This document shows positions 26,391-37,800 of a DNA stretch of 64,000 nucleotides, piece by piece (the first letter of the stretch is position 1; every line of letters starts with the position of its first letter). The notes beneath the pieces were generated by a model, which was not told the origin of the DNA, ran no database searches, and saw only the letters and a list, made by a program, of their open reading frames with translations. The DNA lies in NCBI GenBank assembly GCA_905178155.1, contig CAJINV010000003.1:8993107-9057106 (forward strand), in the 5' to 3' direction. This DNA is from Amoebophrya sp. A120 (lineage: Eukaryota; Protista; Dinoflagellata). The position numbers were made by a program, and so were the translations under genes.

Positions 26391-26499
26391 ATAGTTGGGA
26401 ATAAGTTGGAGACAAACTCAAAATTAGTTGGATCAGGGATTCTTAGTATGGGAAACAGAAAAAAGTTGGCTTCCAACTTATTTCCAACTATTTTTTGAA
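26383..26499. repeat. 28-bp inverted repeat (27/28) with a 61-bp spacer
   Basis: TTCAAAAAATAGTTGGGAATAAGTTGGA at 26383-26410 versus TCCAACTTATTTCCAACTATTTTTTGAA at 26472-26499. Confidence 0.85.
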
Positions 26500-26855
26500 T
26501 CTGGCGAAAGGAGATTCCTCGACCCGGGCCCTCTTGAGTTGGCTTGCTTTACTGCAGGCCCTTTGGAGTATCGGAATCCACCTTCCGAAGCGCTGTCGAG
26601 AAGCCCTTCGGCGTGAAAGCCAACCCTATCCATCGACGTCCCGCAAGCTATACCACAACACCCTGGAAGAAAGAGGGGCAGGAGAAGGTCACGAAGGAAA
26701 AGCTTTACACAAAAAGTGCTCCCGCGAACGGTCTAAAACACATTCGCGTTCGTCGGGATCGTCGGGATCGTTCGTCGGGATCGTCCTACAAGTGCGGAGG
26801 CCATCTTTTCTCTGTGAAACTTCTTAACCCCGACTACACGCAGTCCTAGTTCGTA

Positions 26856-26877
26856 CTTGACCCAAAATGGCTACGGA
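26856..26877 (-). other. Relic dinoflagellate spliced leader
   Basis: The minus strand reads TCCGTAGCCATTTTGGGTCAAG, a 21/22 match to DCCGTAGCCATTTTGGCTCAAG. It lies 51 nt upstream of the ATG at 26804 and is not followed by a GT donor. Confidence 0.9.
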
Positions 26878-29009
26878 CGATAAATAACGCAATCTGCTGT
26901 CTGAGCGAAGGCCTAAGCTTGCGTCTCTCCTCGCACGGGAAGACGCGATTCCCAGGCACCTCGTCAGCATCAAAAAAATGCGAAAAGACATGTGGTGCGT
27001 GTGCGCGCAGTCGCTCAAGTCGTAATACATTCAGAGAACTCTGCGTGCGTGAATAGTACACAAAAAGGATAGAGAATGGTGGCGCCTAAACGGATAAAGT
27101 GCCACGCTGCGCGGGGGGTGGCGGCGCGGGTATCCGCCCGGTGGCGAGGGGTCCGCTCGGTGGCGAGCGGCTGGAACGAACGGCGGGCCGGCGCGCGGCG
27201 CGAACGCGCTTCACTCGCTCCCGCGTAAGCCCGTCCATCCTGAAGCACCCCCCCCGAGGCCCATTCCCCGCCCCGCTTTGCGGGTTGGCGCTTCGTTCAT
27301 TTTGGGTTGCAGAGGCGGGCGGCAAGCAAAATGCCCAGAGGCCGGCAGTGAGCCTACTCTCTCGGAGGAAACAAAGAAACACACGGACAGCCAGCCACGC
27401 AACGGGCAGCAGGGATGGAAAAAACACCCAAAAGCTGCCTGGCGGCCTAACCCAAACCACCCAGGGACGGATGCCGGCTCCTGACGCCTTGCGCGAAGCA
27501 CGCAGCGAGCCCCCTTGCGGGCCGCCGGGGTGTCCAGCGCGTAGGGCCCACACAACCCCACCCAGCCAAGCAAGCAACTTCCCAACGGCCCCTGCCCTCC
27601 GGGCCCGACCACCCTCTGGGGCGCTCCGGTTTGCTTTTGCTTTTGCATTTCAGAAACGGGGGGGCGGCAGGAAAAATAAAAGCCAAGCAGCTAGAGCCTG
27701 GCTGCAGGCAGGAAAAGTAAAAGCCCAGCCGCTAGGGATTATTTTTCCGCTGCCTGAGGCAGCGCCCCGTCTATGCACCCCAAACGGCGTAGGTGGGCCG
27801 ACCCCGCAGGCCCGCGATGGGGCCCCCTTTTGGGTCATCGCGGCGCTCGGGACCTAGGGCGCCAGGGCATATACTATACATATAATTGTCTATGAAGAGA
27901 GTTACAACAATAAAAGCATTTGAAGTAAACAGCCTAAACCTACCTAAAGCTAAACTACTATACTACTCTAGGAAAGATGCCACCTGGTTTAAAGAATAAC
28001 TTCTTCGAGATTTGGCACTTGCAATCTTGAGTGCATTTCTGGAATTGGAATCATAGGGCACGAGCAAACGCAGGAGAAGGCATTACTGTGCAGAGTGGAA
28101 AATAAACATGACAGAAAGCAGAAGAGAAGAAGGGGAGGAAAAAGGGACGAGCAGAGCACTTCACTTTTTCAGTTCTTGTGGTAAGCTGGTGATGAACGTC
28201 TTCACCAACGCCTTAAGCGCCGGCCTAAACCTGCCTCCCGTTTGCCTACGGGAAACAGACCGATCATGATCCGCGGCTCCAGCCATACGTAACTCTGCAG
28301 GAAAAGACACCGGTGGGCGCTGGGCGCGGCTGCGGGCGCTGCTAGCATCTCTCACAACGCTCTGTCTTTCATCGTTGAATTTAGACGTGAATTGAGCTAG
28401 AACAGGGCCCAACATAGATACTTGCCTGATCGTCTGGCATTTTTTTGCGTATAATTTATGGAAAAGGAGCACTTATCACGAGGATTTATGTCTGTGCTTC
28501 GTTTTGAATTCTTTCACATTGAGTTTGTAATGCAAAATGAATAGTAAACGCAAGATCTGGTGACATGGAGTAATACTAAGTTAGCATCGTGCTAATTCCA
28601 CCCGGTGGAATAGGAACTCTCTCAACAATCTGCCATGCAAAAATAAAAGTTCTCTGGTCTCTCAGAAGACAGATGAAGAGGAAGCTGAGGAAGCAACATG
28701 AAATCTACTGTAATGCAAAAGTATTGACTTCTGTTCTCTCAGAAGACAGATGACGAAATGCTAGAGGAAGTCTAATTTATGAATTTGATGGCTTGATGCG
28801 TGGCGTCTTTCTTTTGGGGCGGGGGGACGAAGGATGCTTGAAAGCGCCCACAGCAATGTAGGGCAAGAATAGGAGCGTTCGCCAAATTAGGGGTAGGATA
28901 GCTGCTTGACGTTGACCTGCTGGAAAAATACTACATCCGGAATCGGAGTAGGAGCAGGAACAGGAGTAGATGTTGTGCTCGTTTATTTCGTTTCCATATT
29001 CTTATCAAG

Positions 29010-29352
29010 AATCTCTACCATGACTAGCGAAAAGTCAGAAAACCCATTATTTAATAGTATTCCGCAATAAAAACAAAAAACGAAAACGAACAATGGAAAC
29101 GAAAAACGAAAACAAAAAACGACAACGAACAATGAAAACGAAAAACGAAAACAAAGAATGAAAACGAAAAACGAAAACAAAGAATAAAAACAAAGAATGA
29201 AAACGAAAAACGAAAACAAAGAATGAAAACGAAAAACCAAAACAAAGAATAAAAACAAAGAATGAAAACGAAAAACCAAAACAAACAATCTCTACAATGA
29301 CTAGCGAAAGGCGAGAAAACCCATTATTTAATAGTATTCCGCAATAGAAACA
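29010..29352 (+). repeat. About 66-bp direct repeats flanking an (AAAACGAAAAACGAAAACAAAGAAT)-type microsatellite
   Basis: AATCTCTAC...AACCCATTATTTAATAGTATTCCGCAATA occurs at about 29010 and 29287. Confidence 0.85.
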
Positions 29353-29353
29353 G

Positions 29354-30335
29354 ACATATCATCACGAGTAGATCCTAACTACTACATCTTCACCACACAC
29401 AACTTCCACACTACATTCCCAGGCTATGACTATGATTTTCGAACGCATTTTTCTCTGCTTCTTTTTCTTCTTTTCTCGTTGCTGGCTTCGCCGTCTTCCT
29501 TTCGTTTTTCACTTTCCTTGGGCCCCTCATGAATCTCGCCGAGAGCTGCCTACTACCGCATCGGCTTTCGTATCAGTTACCACATTCGTGTTTTTTGTCA
29601 TCACCAGTAACCATATCAGGGGGCTACAAACGTACTATCGTTCTTGGTTCTAGCAGGGGTGGCGTGTGGAGTACTAAGTCAGAAATTGACATAGCGGGAA
29701 TTCATTTGATCGTCATAAGATTCATGAGAAGCGAAACGCACAGAATGAGAAAGAAGCAATCCCGTAGCCTGGTGGGTTGTTGTAAAGCGCATGGATTTTT
29801 CAAGTTGGTGGGTTCTCAAGGTATCGACTAGTCTCATTTTACATCAAGCGCTGCAAAAATTTCAGATCAAGTCACCTAGAGATCACTCATGGGGAGTCAT
29901 TTATGGGATCCAGGGCGTGCCCATTATGTTGTCCGAGATGGTAGTCATGTTGTCCAGGATCACACATCTCAGCAGCACAACGGTCCCACTCCGGTAAGCG
30001 CCCAATAAACAAAACTACGCCGACAAGTGATAGATAAAACGCCGCTACATCGGCTTCCGTCACATCTACGAGAGACGGCGGCGAGTAAAAACTAAAGTAA
30101 GTGTAACGAGAACTGGCTCTCCCGAATAAAGCACAAAGTAGAATGGTATACGCTAAAACTTTGACATACTCCAATCTGGAAAAAGAAAAATAGACAGGCG
30201 GCGAGAACACTCAAACCCTCCATGTCTGGGTCAATTGACAGCACTGCTATGGGTCAGTAACTCCCAGCCTCAGCACCGTATATAAAACATATCATCACGA
30301 GTAGATCCTAACTACTACATCTTCACCACACACAA
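29354..30335 (+). repeat. Perfect 49-bp direct repeat flanking about 880 bp of unique sequence
   Basis: ACATATCATCACGAGTAGATCCTAACTACTACATCTTCACCACACACAA at 29354-29402 and 30287-30335. Confidence 0.9.
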
Positions 30336-33300
30336 AGAACAGAAACTTCATACTCATAGAAACAAAGAACAGAAACGAAAAACAAAAACAAAGAATGGAA
30401 ACGAAAAACGACAACAAACAATGGAAACAAAAAACGAAAACAAAGAATAAAAACGAAAAACGAAAACAAAGAATGAAAACAAAAAACGAAAACAAAGAAT
30501 AGAAACGAAAAACAACAACAACGAAATGCTGACAAAGCGCCCAAGCTTCTAAGCGACGAAGCCTCGAAACGAAGGGGCCTCGAAACGCCGAAGCAGCGAA
30601 GCCTCGAAGCAACGAAGAAGCCTCGAAGAGCCGCGAAGCCTCGAAGAGCTGCAAAGCCTCGAAGGGCCGCGAAGCCTCGAAGAGCCGCAAAGCCTCGAAG
30701 AGCGGCGAAGCCGCGAAGCCTCGAAGCAGCGAAGCCTCGAAGGAAGCAGCGAAGCCTCGAAGGAAGCAGCGAAGCCTCGAAGGAAGCAGCGAAGCCTCGA
30801 AGGGAGCAGCGAAGCCGCGAAGGGAGCAGCGAAGCCGCGAGGGGAGCAGCGAAGCCGCGAGGGGAGCAGCGAAGCCTCGGAGGGGGCAGCGAAGCCTCGA
30901 AGGGAGCAACGAAGCCTCGAAGGAAGCCTCGAAGCAGCAAAGCCTCGAAGCAGCGAAGCCTCGAAGCAGCGAAGCCTCGAAGCAGCGAGGCCTCGAAGCA
31001 GCGAAGCCTCGAAGCGGCGAGGCCTCGAAGGGAGCAGCGAAGCAGCGACGCCTCGAAGCAGCGACGCCTCGAAGCCTCGAAGCGGCGAAGCTCGAAGCGC
31101 GCAGCGATCGAAGCCTCGAAGCGCGCCGCGAAGCCTCGAAGCGCGCAGCGAAGCCTCGAAGCACGCAGCGAAGCCTCGAAGCACGCAGCGAAGCCTCGAA
31201 GCACGCGACGAAGCCTCGAAGCACGCAGCGAAGCCTCGAAGCACGCGGCGAAGCCTCGAAGCACGCGGCGAAGCCTCGAAGCACGCGGCGAAACCTCGAA
31301 GCACGCGGCGAAGCCTCGAAGCACACAGCGAAGCCTCGAAGCAGCGAAGCGTCGAAGCAGCAAAGCCCCGAAGCACCGCCTCAGGCCTCGAAGCAGCGCC
31401 TGAGGCCTCGAAGCAGCGCCTGAAGCCTCGAAGCGGCGTCTGAAGCCTCGAGGCAGCAGCGTGCGAAGCCTCGGGTCAGCAACGTGCGAAACCTCGAGGC
31501 AACAGCGTGAGAAACCTCGAGGCGGCAACGCGCGAAACCTCGAGGCAGCAGCGTGAGAAACCTCGAGGCAGCAGCGTGCGAGGCCCCGAAGCAGCAGCGC
31601 GCGACGCCTCGGGGCAGCAACGTACGAAACCCCGAGGCAGCAACGTACGAAACCTCGAAGCAGCAACGAACGCACGAAGCCACGGCGCAACAACGTACGA
31701 AACAACGCGCGAAGCCCCGAAGCCGCGGGGCCCCGAAGCAGTAAAGCCTCGACGAAGCCGCGCCGGCCGGTGCCGGACCATGGCCAAGCCGAGCCGGTGC
31801 GTGCCTGCCGGACCATGGCCAAGCAAGGCGAGCCGGTGCCGGGCCATGAGCAGACCGAGCCGGTGCATGCCGGACCATGGATGGCAAGGCCGGGCCGGTG
31901 CGTGCCGGACCCTGGCAAGGCCAAGCCGGTGCCGGACCATGGCCGAGCCGAGCCGGACTATGCATGGCCAAGCCGAGCCGGTGCCGGACCATGCATGGCC
32001 AAGCCGAGCCGGTGGGTGCCGGACGATGCATGGCCAAGCCGAGCCGGTGCCGGAGCATGCATGGCCAAGCCGAGAAGGTGCCGGACCATGGCCGAGGCGA
32101 GCCGGTGCCGGGCCATTCAGCATGGCCAAGCCGAACCATGGCCAAGACCCGAAGCGAAGATAAAAGCCCCGAAGCAAAGAAGCCGCGAAGCGAAGAGAGA
32201 TGCCCCGAAGCGAAGAGAGGCGCCCCGAAGCAAAGGAGCCCCGAGGCGAGGATAGAAGCGAAGATAGAAGCCTCGAAGCCGCAGCGAACGAAGTCTCGAA
32301 GCCGCGGCGAAGCCTCGAAGCCGTAGCGAGGCCTCGAAGCCGCAGCGACGCCCCGAAGCCGCAGCAAAGCCCCGAAGCCTCAGCGACGGCTCGAAGCCGC
32401 AGCGAAGCCTAGAAGCCGCAGCGAAGCCCCGAAGACGCAGCGAAGCCTCGAAGCCGCAGCGCAGGCCGCTCGAAGCCGCAACAAAACCTCGAAGCAACGC
32501 GGCCTCGAAGTAACAACGCCGCAGCGAAGCCGCAGCGGAGCCAGGTCGTGGCCGCGCCGGTGCCAGATCAGGGTCGGGGGGGCCGGTTCCAGGTCGTGGC
32601 GAAGCCTGCCGGTGCCAGGTCATGGCCAAGCCGGTGCCGGGCCAATGGCCTGCCAGCCAAGCCTACCAGCCAACGCCACGTCATTCATAATTGCCGAGCC
32701 GGTGCCAGATCTTGGCCAAGCCAATGCAAGGCCGTGGCCAAGCCGGTGCCAGATCCTTCCTGGCGAAGCCTGCCGGTGCCCGGTCGTGGCCAGGCCGGTC
32801 GGTGGCAGATCATGGCCAAACCAAGCCTGCCGATGGATGCGTGCCAGATCATACACGGCCAAGCCTAGCCGGCCGGTGCCAGATCGGGGCATGCAAAGCC
32901 CCCCCCCCGGCCGGTGCCCGGCAGATCATGACAAAGCCGGTGCCAGATCATGGGCGAGCCTGAGCCACCCAGATCATGGCGTGGCCAAGCCGACGCCAGG
33001 TCGTCCGTGTCCAAGCCTGCCGGTGCGTGCCAGATCATGGCCCGGGTCGCTGGCGCCAGGTCGCGCGCGGTCCGAACCGCCAGGCCAAACAAGCCTGCGT
33101 GCCGGCGCCAGGCCGTGGCCAAACCGGTGCCAGATCATGCCCTCGCCTGCCACCGTCTGCCACCCTGCCCGCCGGCGCCAGATCATGGCCAGGCCGGTTC
33201 CGAGTGATTCTGGTGGCCAGGCCCGCCGGTGCCGGAACATGGCCAGCCCGCTGCCAGATCACGCCCAAGCCGGTGCCAGGAAGCGGCAAGGCCGTTGCCA

Positions 33301-34200
33301 GATCATGGCCATGCCGGTGCCAGGTGGGTCGTTACCAAGCCGGCGCCATATCATCGCCGAACCGGTGCCAGACAGGTCGCGTCCAAGCGAGCCGGTGCCA
33401 GATCATGGCCAAGCCGGTGCCAAATCATGGCCACGCCGGTGCCAGGTCGTTGCCAGGCAAGCCGGTGCCGGGTCGCGGCCAAGGCGGTGCCAGGCAGATC
33501 ATGGCCAAGCCGGCGCCAGATCACGCCCAAGCCGGCCCCGGGTCGTGGCCAAGCCAGTGCCAGGTCGTGGACAAGCCGGCGCCAGATCATGGCCAAGCCG
33601 GTGCCAGGTTGTAGCCGAGCCGGTGCCAGATCATACACGGCCAAGCCTGCCGGCCTTCCGGTGCCAGATCATGGCCAGGCCGGCCGGTGCCAGATCACAG
33701 CAAGGCCGGTGCTCGCCCATGCCCAAGCCGGTGCCAGGTCATGGCCAAGCCAAGCTGGTTCCGGGTCGTGGCTGAGCCGCAGCCGGTGCCAAATCATGGC
33801 CAGGCCAGCCACCAAGCCGGTGCCTGCCAGATCATGGCAAGGCCAAGCCCTTGCGCCAGATCATGGCCAAGCCGGTGCCGGATGGATCATGGCCAAGCCT
33901 GCCTGCCGGTGTCAGAGCATCGCCAAGCCGGTGCCAAATCACGGCGAAGGTAGGCGGTGCCAGATCATGGCCATGCCGGTGCCCGATCATGCCCAAGCCG
34001 GTGCCGGACCCTGGCCACGCCGGTTTCAGGCCCTGGCTAAGCCGGTGCCAGACCCTGGCCAAGCCGGTGCCCGATCATGCCCGCCCCCCGCCGCCAGATC
34101 GCGGCCCCGCCAGTGCCAGCATGCAAGATGGCGGCAAGGGCCAACCTGCCAGCCGCGCCGGTGCCGGATCGTGGCCATGCCGTTCTGGCGCTTTGAAAAT
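30336..34200 (+). repeat. Composite satellite of AAAAC-rich, GAAGCCTCGAAG-based and GCCGGTGCCAGATCATGGCCAA-based blocks
   Basis: Degenerate tandem units alternate in blocks: about 30340-30520; 30550-31760 and 32150-32540; 31760-32150 and 32540-34200. Confidence 0.9.
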
Positions 34201-34885
34201 AGCAGGCAGATGGGCCTGCCTGTGCTGAAGCACCGACGACGATTTTCCACAGAGAAACGCTGAGGGCTATTATTCATCTAGCGGAATACTATTAAGTCTG
34301 CAGGCTACTGGACACGGGAAGCGGGATAAGGCTAGTTGTAGTTCCTCAGCTGTCACTTTTATCATTTCTCATTTCATACTTTTATTTTGATTTGATTCGG
34401 GACTGGCAACGCAATCAACTTCAACTTCAATGTGGAGTACTAAAGCCTGCCGCACCGTCGACTATCCCAGTTGCTCTTCCGGCCTGCAACTTAGATTTTT
34501 ACAATCTACCGGAGCAGTTTGCTCATCCGGGTGGAAGACGAGGGGTGAGCGCGACAATCAACGCAATGTGTGTGCGCTTTTGATTTTAGATACCTATTGT
34601 AGAGCTCCAATAAACGCCATTGTTTTTACAACTACAAGAATAGAACTACGACTGTAGCACTACTGGTTGGTATTTAATGGATAGAAGTAACATCTTGATG
34701 CACGATCTTTATTTGACCTTGGATAGAAAAAATTTATAAAACTTGCACGACCGTGAATGTGAAGAAAGCACAAGCAGTGGAAAGCACCAATGCGGTAACT
34801 TTCACTTTGTCAAATCTCTTGAAACTCTCCAGCAAAGATGGAAGATGGAAACTAACCACAGAAAGAATTCTTTCACTATTAAACT

Positions 34886-37800
34886 TCAAAAACTTCCCGA
34901 ACGTGTGCAATCAAACTGTTGCAACAAAAGAGAAAAAGAAAAACGTCGTCGGACCGGAGCAGGTGCCCCTTTTAAGTTCGAAAATTCTTCGACCAATGTA
35001 ACCCCTCCTGTGGTGCTACTGGAAGACGATGACGCAGTCACGCACTCACTGAATTGCAGATGAGCCGCGAGGATATCGTATAGCTTGTCCTCCGAGGTCG
35101 CGTTCTCCAGCAGGTGCGCTCCGGAAAGCCCGAGCCAAGGACCCAATGTGTCTTCATGCAATACGCAAAGCAACCGACCTGTGCCCGCAGTCCAGGCTCG
35201 TGTCGGCAAAGTGCTCATCGCGTTTTCGTTTGAGCTTTTCCCTGGATGCTCCCTGCGGGCAAGATAGGAGTCTGTGCCTGCCGAAACGCCACCTCCGAAC
35301 TTGTCTTCATCTGGAACGCAGCTTCTTTCGTCGAGCTCGAGATGACCAGACTCGCGCGGCCTGATGCTGCTGTCATTAACAAGAATAATGCTTTTCTCAC
35401 AATATGTTCTTGAACAGTCCGGGTCCCAGCATGAAGGCGTGGCTGGAGGTGTGTTCTTATTTGGGCTGTCGGCATCTATTTTTCCACATAGGGCCTGCAT
35501 CAAGACGAGCGAATTCTCGTCATTTAGGACGCACGGAATGCTGGGATCAGAAACCTGCTGCTCATCATAGTCTCCCGTTTTGTAGTCTGGGGCAAGAATG
35601 CTAAAATCGAAGATAGCGATGTTGTGGCGAAACTTTGCCGCGTCCGATGGTCGCGTCGCTCCGGGAAAAATATCGTAGGCGTTTGACGCAATGCCGAAGT
35701 GGATTGTTGAGCACGTGTTGGAAACATCATGTTCACTACCGCAATTTTTTTCTCGTGGTGAATTGTGCCGGTTCAGCCTCAGCGTGCGGACGCGAAGCTT
35801 CGCCAAGACCTGTCTGGTGTCCTCGTACAGCCAGCACTTCAGGCCACACGTGGTGGTCGGAATGGCGGCTTCTTCGCTGTGCCTTTCCCTTTGCCTCTCC
35901 CCGACGCGCTGTTTCCTGGCTCGCTCTCGTACGACATCCGGTATAATTGCGCATCTGTTCAAAAATGAACAATTTGCTCCGCTTGAACTTGAAGATGCGG
36001 CTTCGCCATGTGCTGCGCTTCCTGCACTGCTGGAACTACATGACGACGACAGAATTGTTTCTGTTTTATTTTTTCCTTGTTCGCCAGGGTCCAACCAATT
36101 GTAGTTTTTACAACGGGCGGCTGTATTTTCGGTTTCGCTTGCTGTCCTCCCGTGGTGTTGCATAGAGGGAAAGCGGGTACTAATGCAAAGAACTGCTGGT
36201 GCTGCTGGTATCACTTTCAACAAGAAGAGCCCCGCCAACTTGCCATACATATCTGACTGCGCCACATCGAATCCATCTCATTCTCAACCAATCAAAATCA
36301 TGCCAATTACATTTGCTACGATCCTCAACCTGCTCTCTCTCTTTTCATTGTGAGAAGCACACCAGAAAGTGGCCGAGAGCGCCATCTGAGTGAACCGGCG
36401 CCCGGCGCACTTTTTGCAAGACGAGGAAACGAAGGCTGCACACACGCAACACCGCGGAATTATTTTTCATTAGGGCTAGCAGCAATCTGAAAGATCAGTC
36501 ACTCAGAGACCACTTTCCATCCATACCATAGAAGTTGCCGTGCCATGTACTAGCTCCGAGATATTGAGGCCCCGTGCGACCACCGCGGTTGCTGCGGATT
36601 GGAGCGGTATTCCGAAGCGCCCAGTGCAGCAAATCCCGAGCCACCCGATTGCACTCTGCGTCGCAGATCTGCTGCAGCCCCACCGGTCCCCCGGAACGCG
36701 ATCCAGAGCCCACAAAGATCAGGACTTGCGATGCCTGTTCAACTATCTTGAGAGTAAATACCCCGGTGTCGGCAAAAGCAGAAAAATAGACTTCGAAAAA
36801 AAGGTGCCCCGGATTGGATTCTTGATCAGTGCCGTATGCGAGTGCACAACTACAACTTCTCCTGCGCCTCATTTGTAGTTTGGCAGGATTACCTCCAGCT
36901 CCATAGGAAGTAGTGCCAGCACAGGATAACGATAAGATCAAACTAGAAACCCTAAAACCCTAGTAGAACCCATTAAACCCTGAGAGGCCAGCAAAGGATA
37001 AGAAAAGGGCGCAGCCTCATCTTCTCTTTCACAAATAGAAATATACATAAGTAGTATGCAAGAATGTAATCGCTTCTGGAGTCTGTCCTGAGTCTAATAG
37101 CTTCTGGAATTGTTTCGTTTTGCTTCTGGCACGATAAACGGTAAGGGGCGGGACGAGGGGGGGTTGTGCAGTCGCATTCCCATATTCTGATCAGTATCTG
37201 CACGGTCTCCATCAGCAAAGAGTTCTCCCCATGGAGGCCAAAACGGAAGAAGATCTCGCAGGTTGCATTTCCGGCTTCCCGATGACCTTGAGAATTATCC
37301 CGTGTCTGGCAGTAGCGGGCGTACGCGTAAGGCTCCAGGACAACAAAAACGCCCTCGCTTTGTATCCAATATCGAAGCTCCAGCTCGTCGGGAACAATCA
37401 CGCACTTCGGAATTAGATCGCAATCCACTGCAAGGACATTTTCCACGGACAGGTTGACGCCCTCAGACCGAAACATGACGTCGAGAGCGGTGTTCAGAGT
37501 ATGATCAACTCGTCGACGCAACATATTATCTTCCCCTGGGCCTTCGCTGTCACGATCGCTAGACGTGGTCTCTTTCCTTGTTTCGTCCCGCTGCACGTCG
37601 TGAAGACGCAGGTCGTCCCTCACCTTCTTGTGATCCGCATCTGCTGCAGCACCTGCGTCATCAACATGATTCGCATTGTTTAGCTGATTGCAGGAAGCGA
37701 GCCTTTCGAGCAAATACTCGCGGCTTCGAAGGTCCCTGCAATTTGCGAAGAGCACCCATGTCGCTTGGAAGGATCGCATATCGCCGATCTCGATTGTTTT

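Larger units (their letters stand above)
25672..26813. repeat. 49-bp direct duplication of the start-codon region flanking a 1022-bp insert
   Basis: 25672-25720 is repeated at 26743-26813, where it carries internal GTCGGGATC micro-duplications and one substitution. Confidence 0.85.

Noticed and set aside
28983-29288. Phe/Val-rich membrane-like ORFs
   Set aside because: These are the reverse translation of an A-rich microsatellite.
30295-34263. Long ORFs (up to 533 aa) in several frames
   Set aside because: These are translations of stop-poor satellites with no domain.
36947-36982. Telomere-like AAACCCTA copies
   Set aside because: There are only two or three imperfect copies, and they lie inside an introner.
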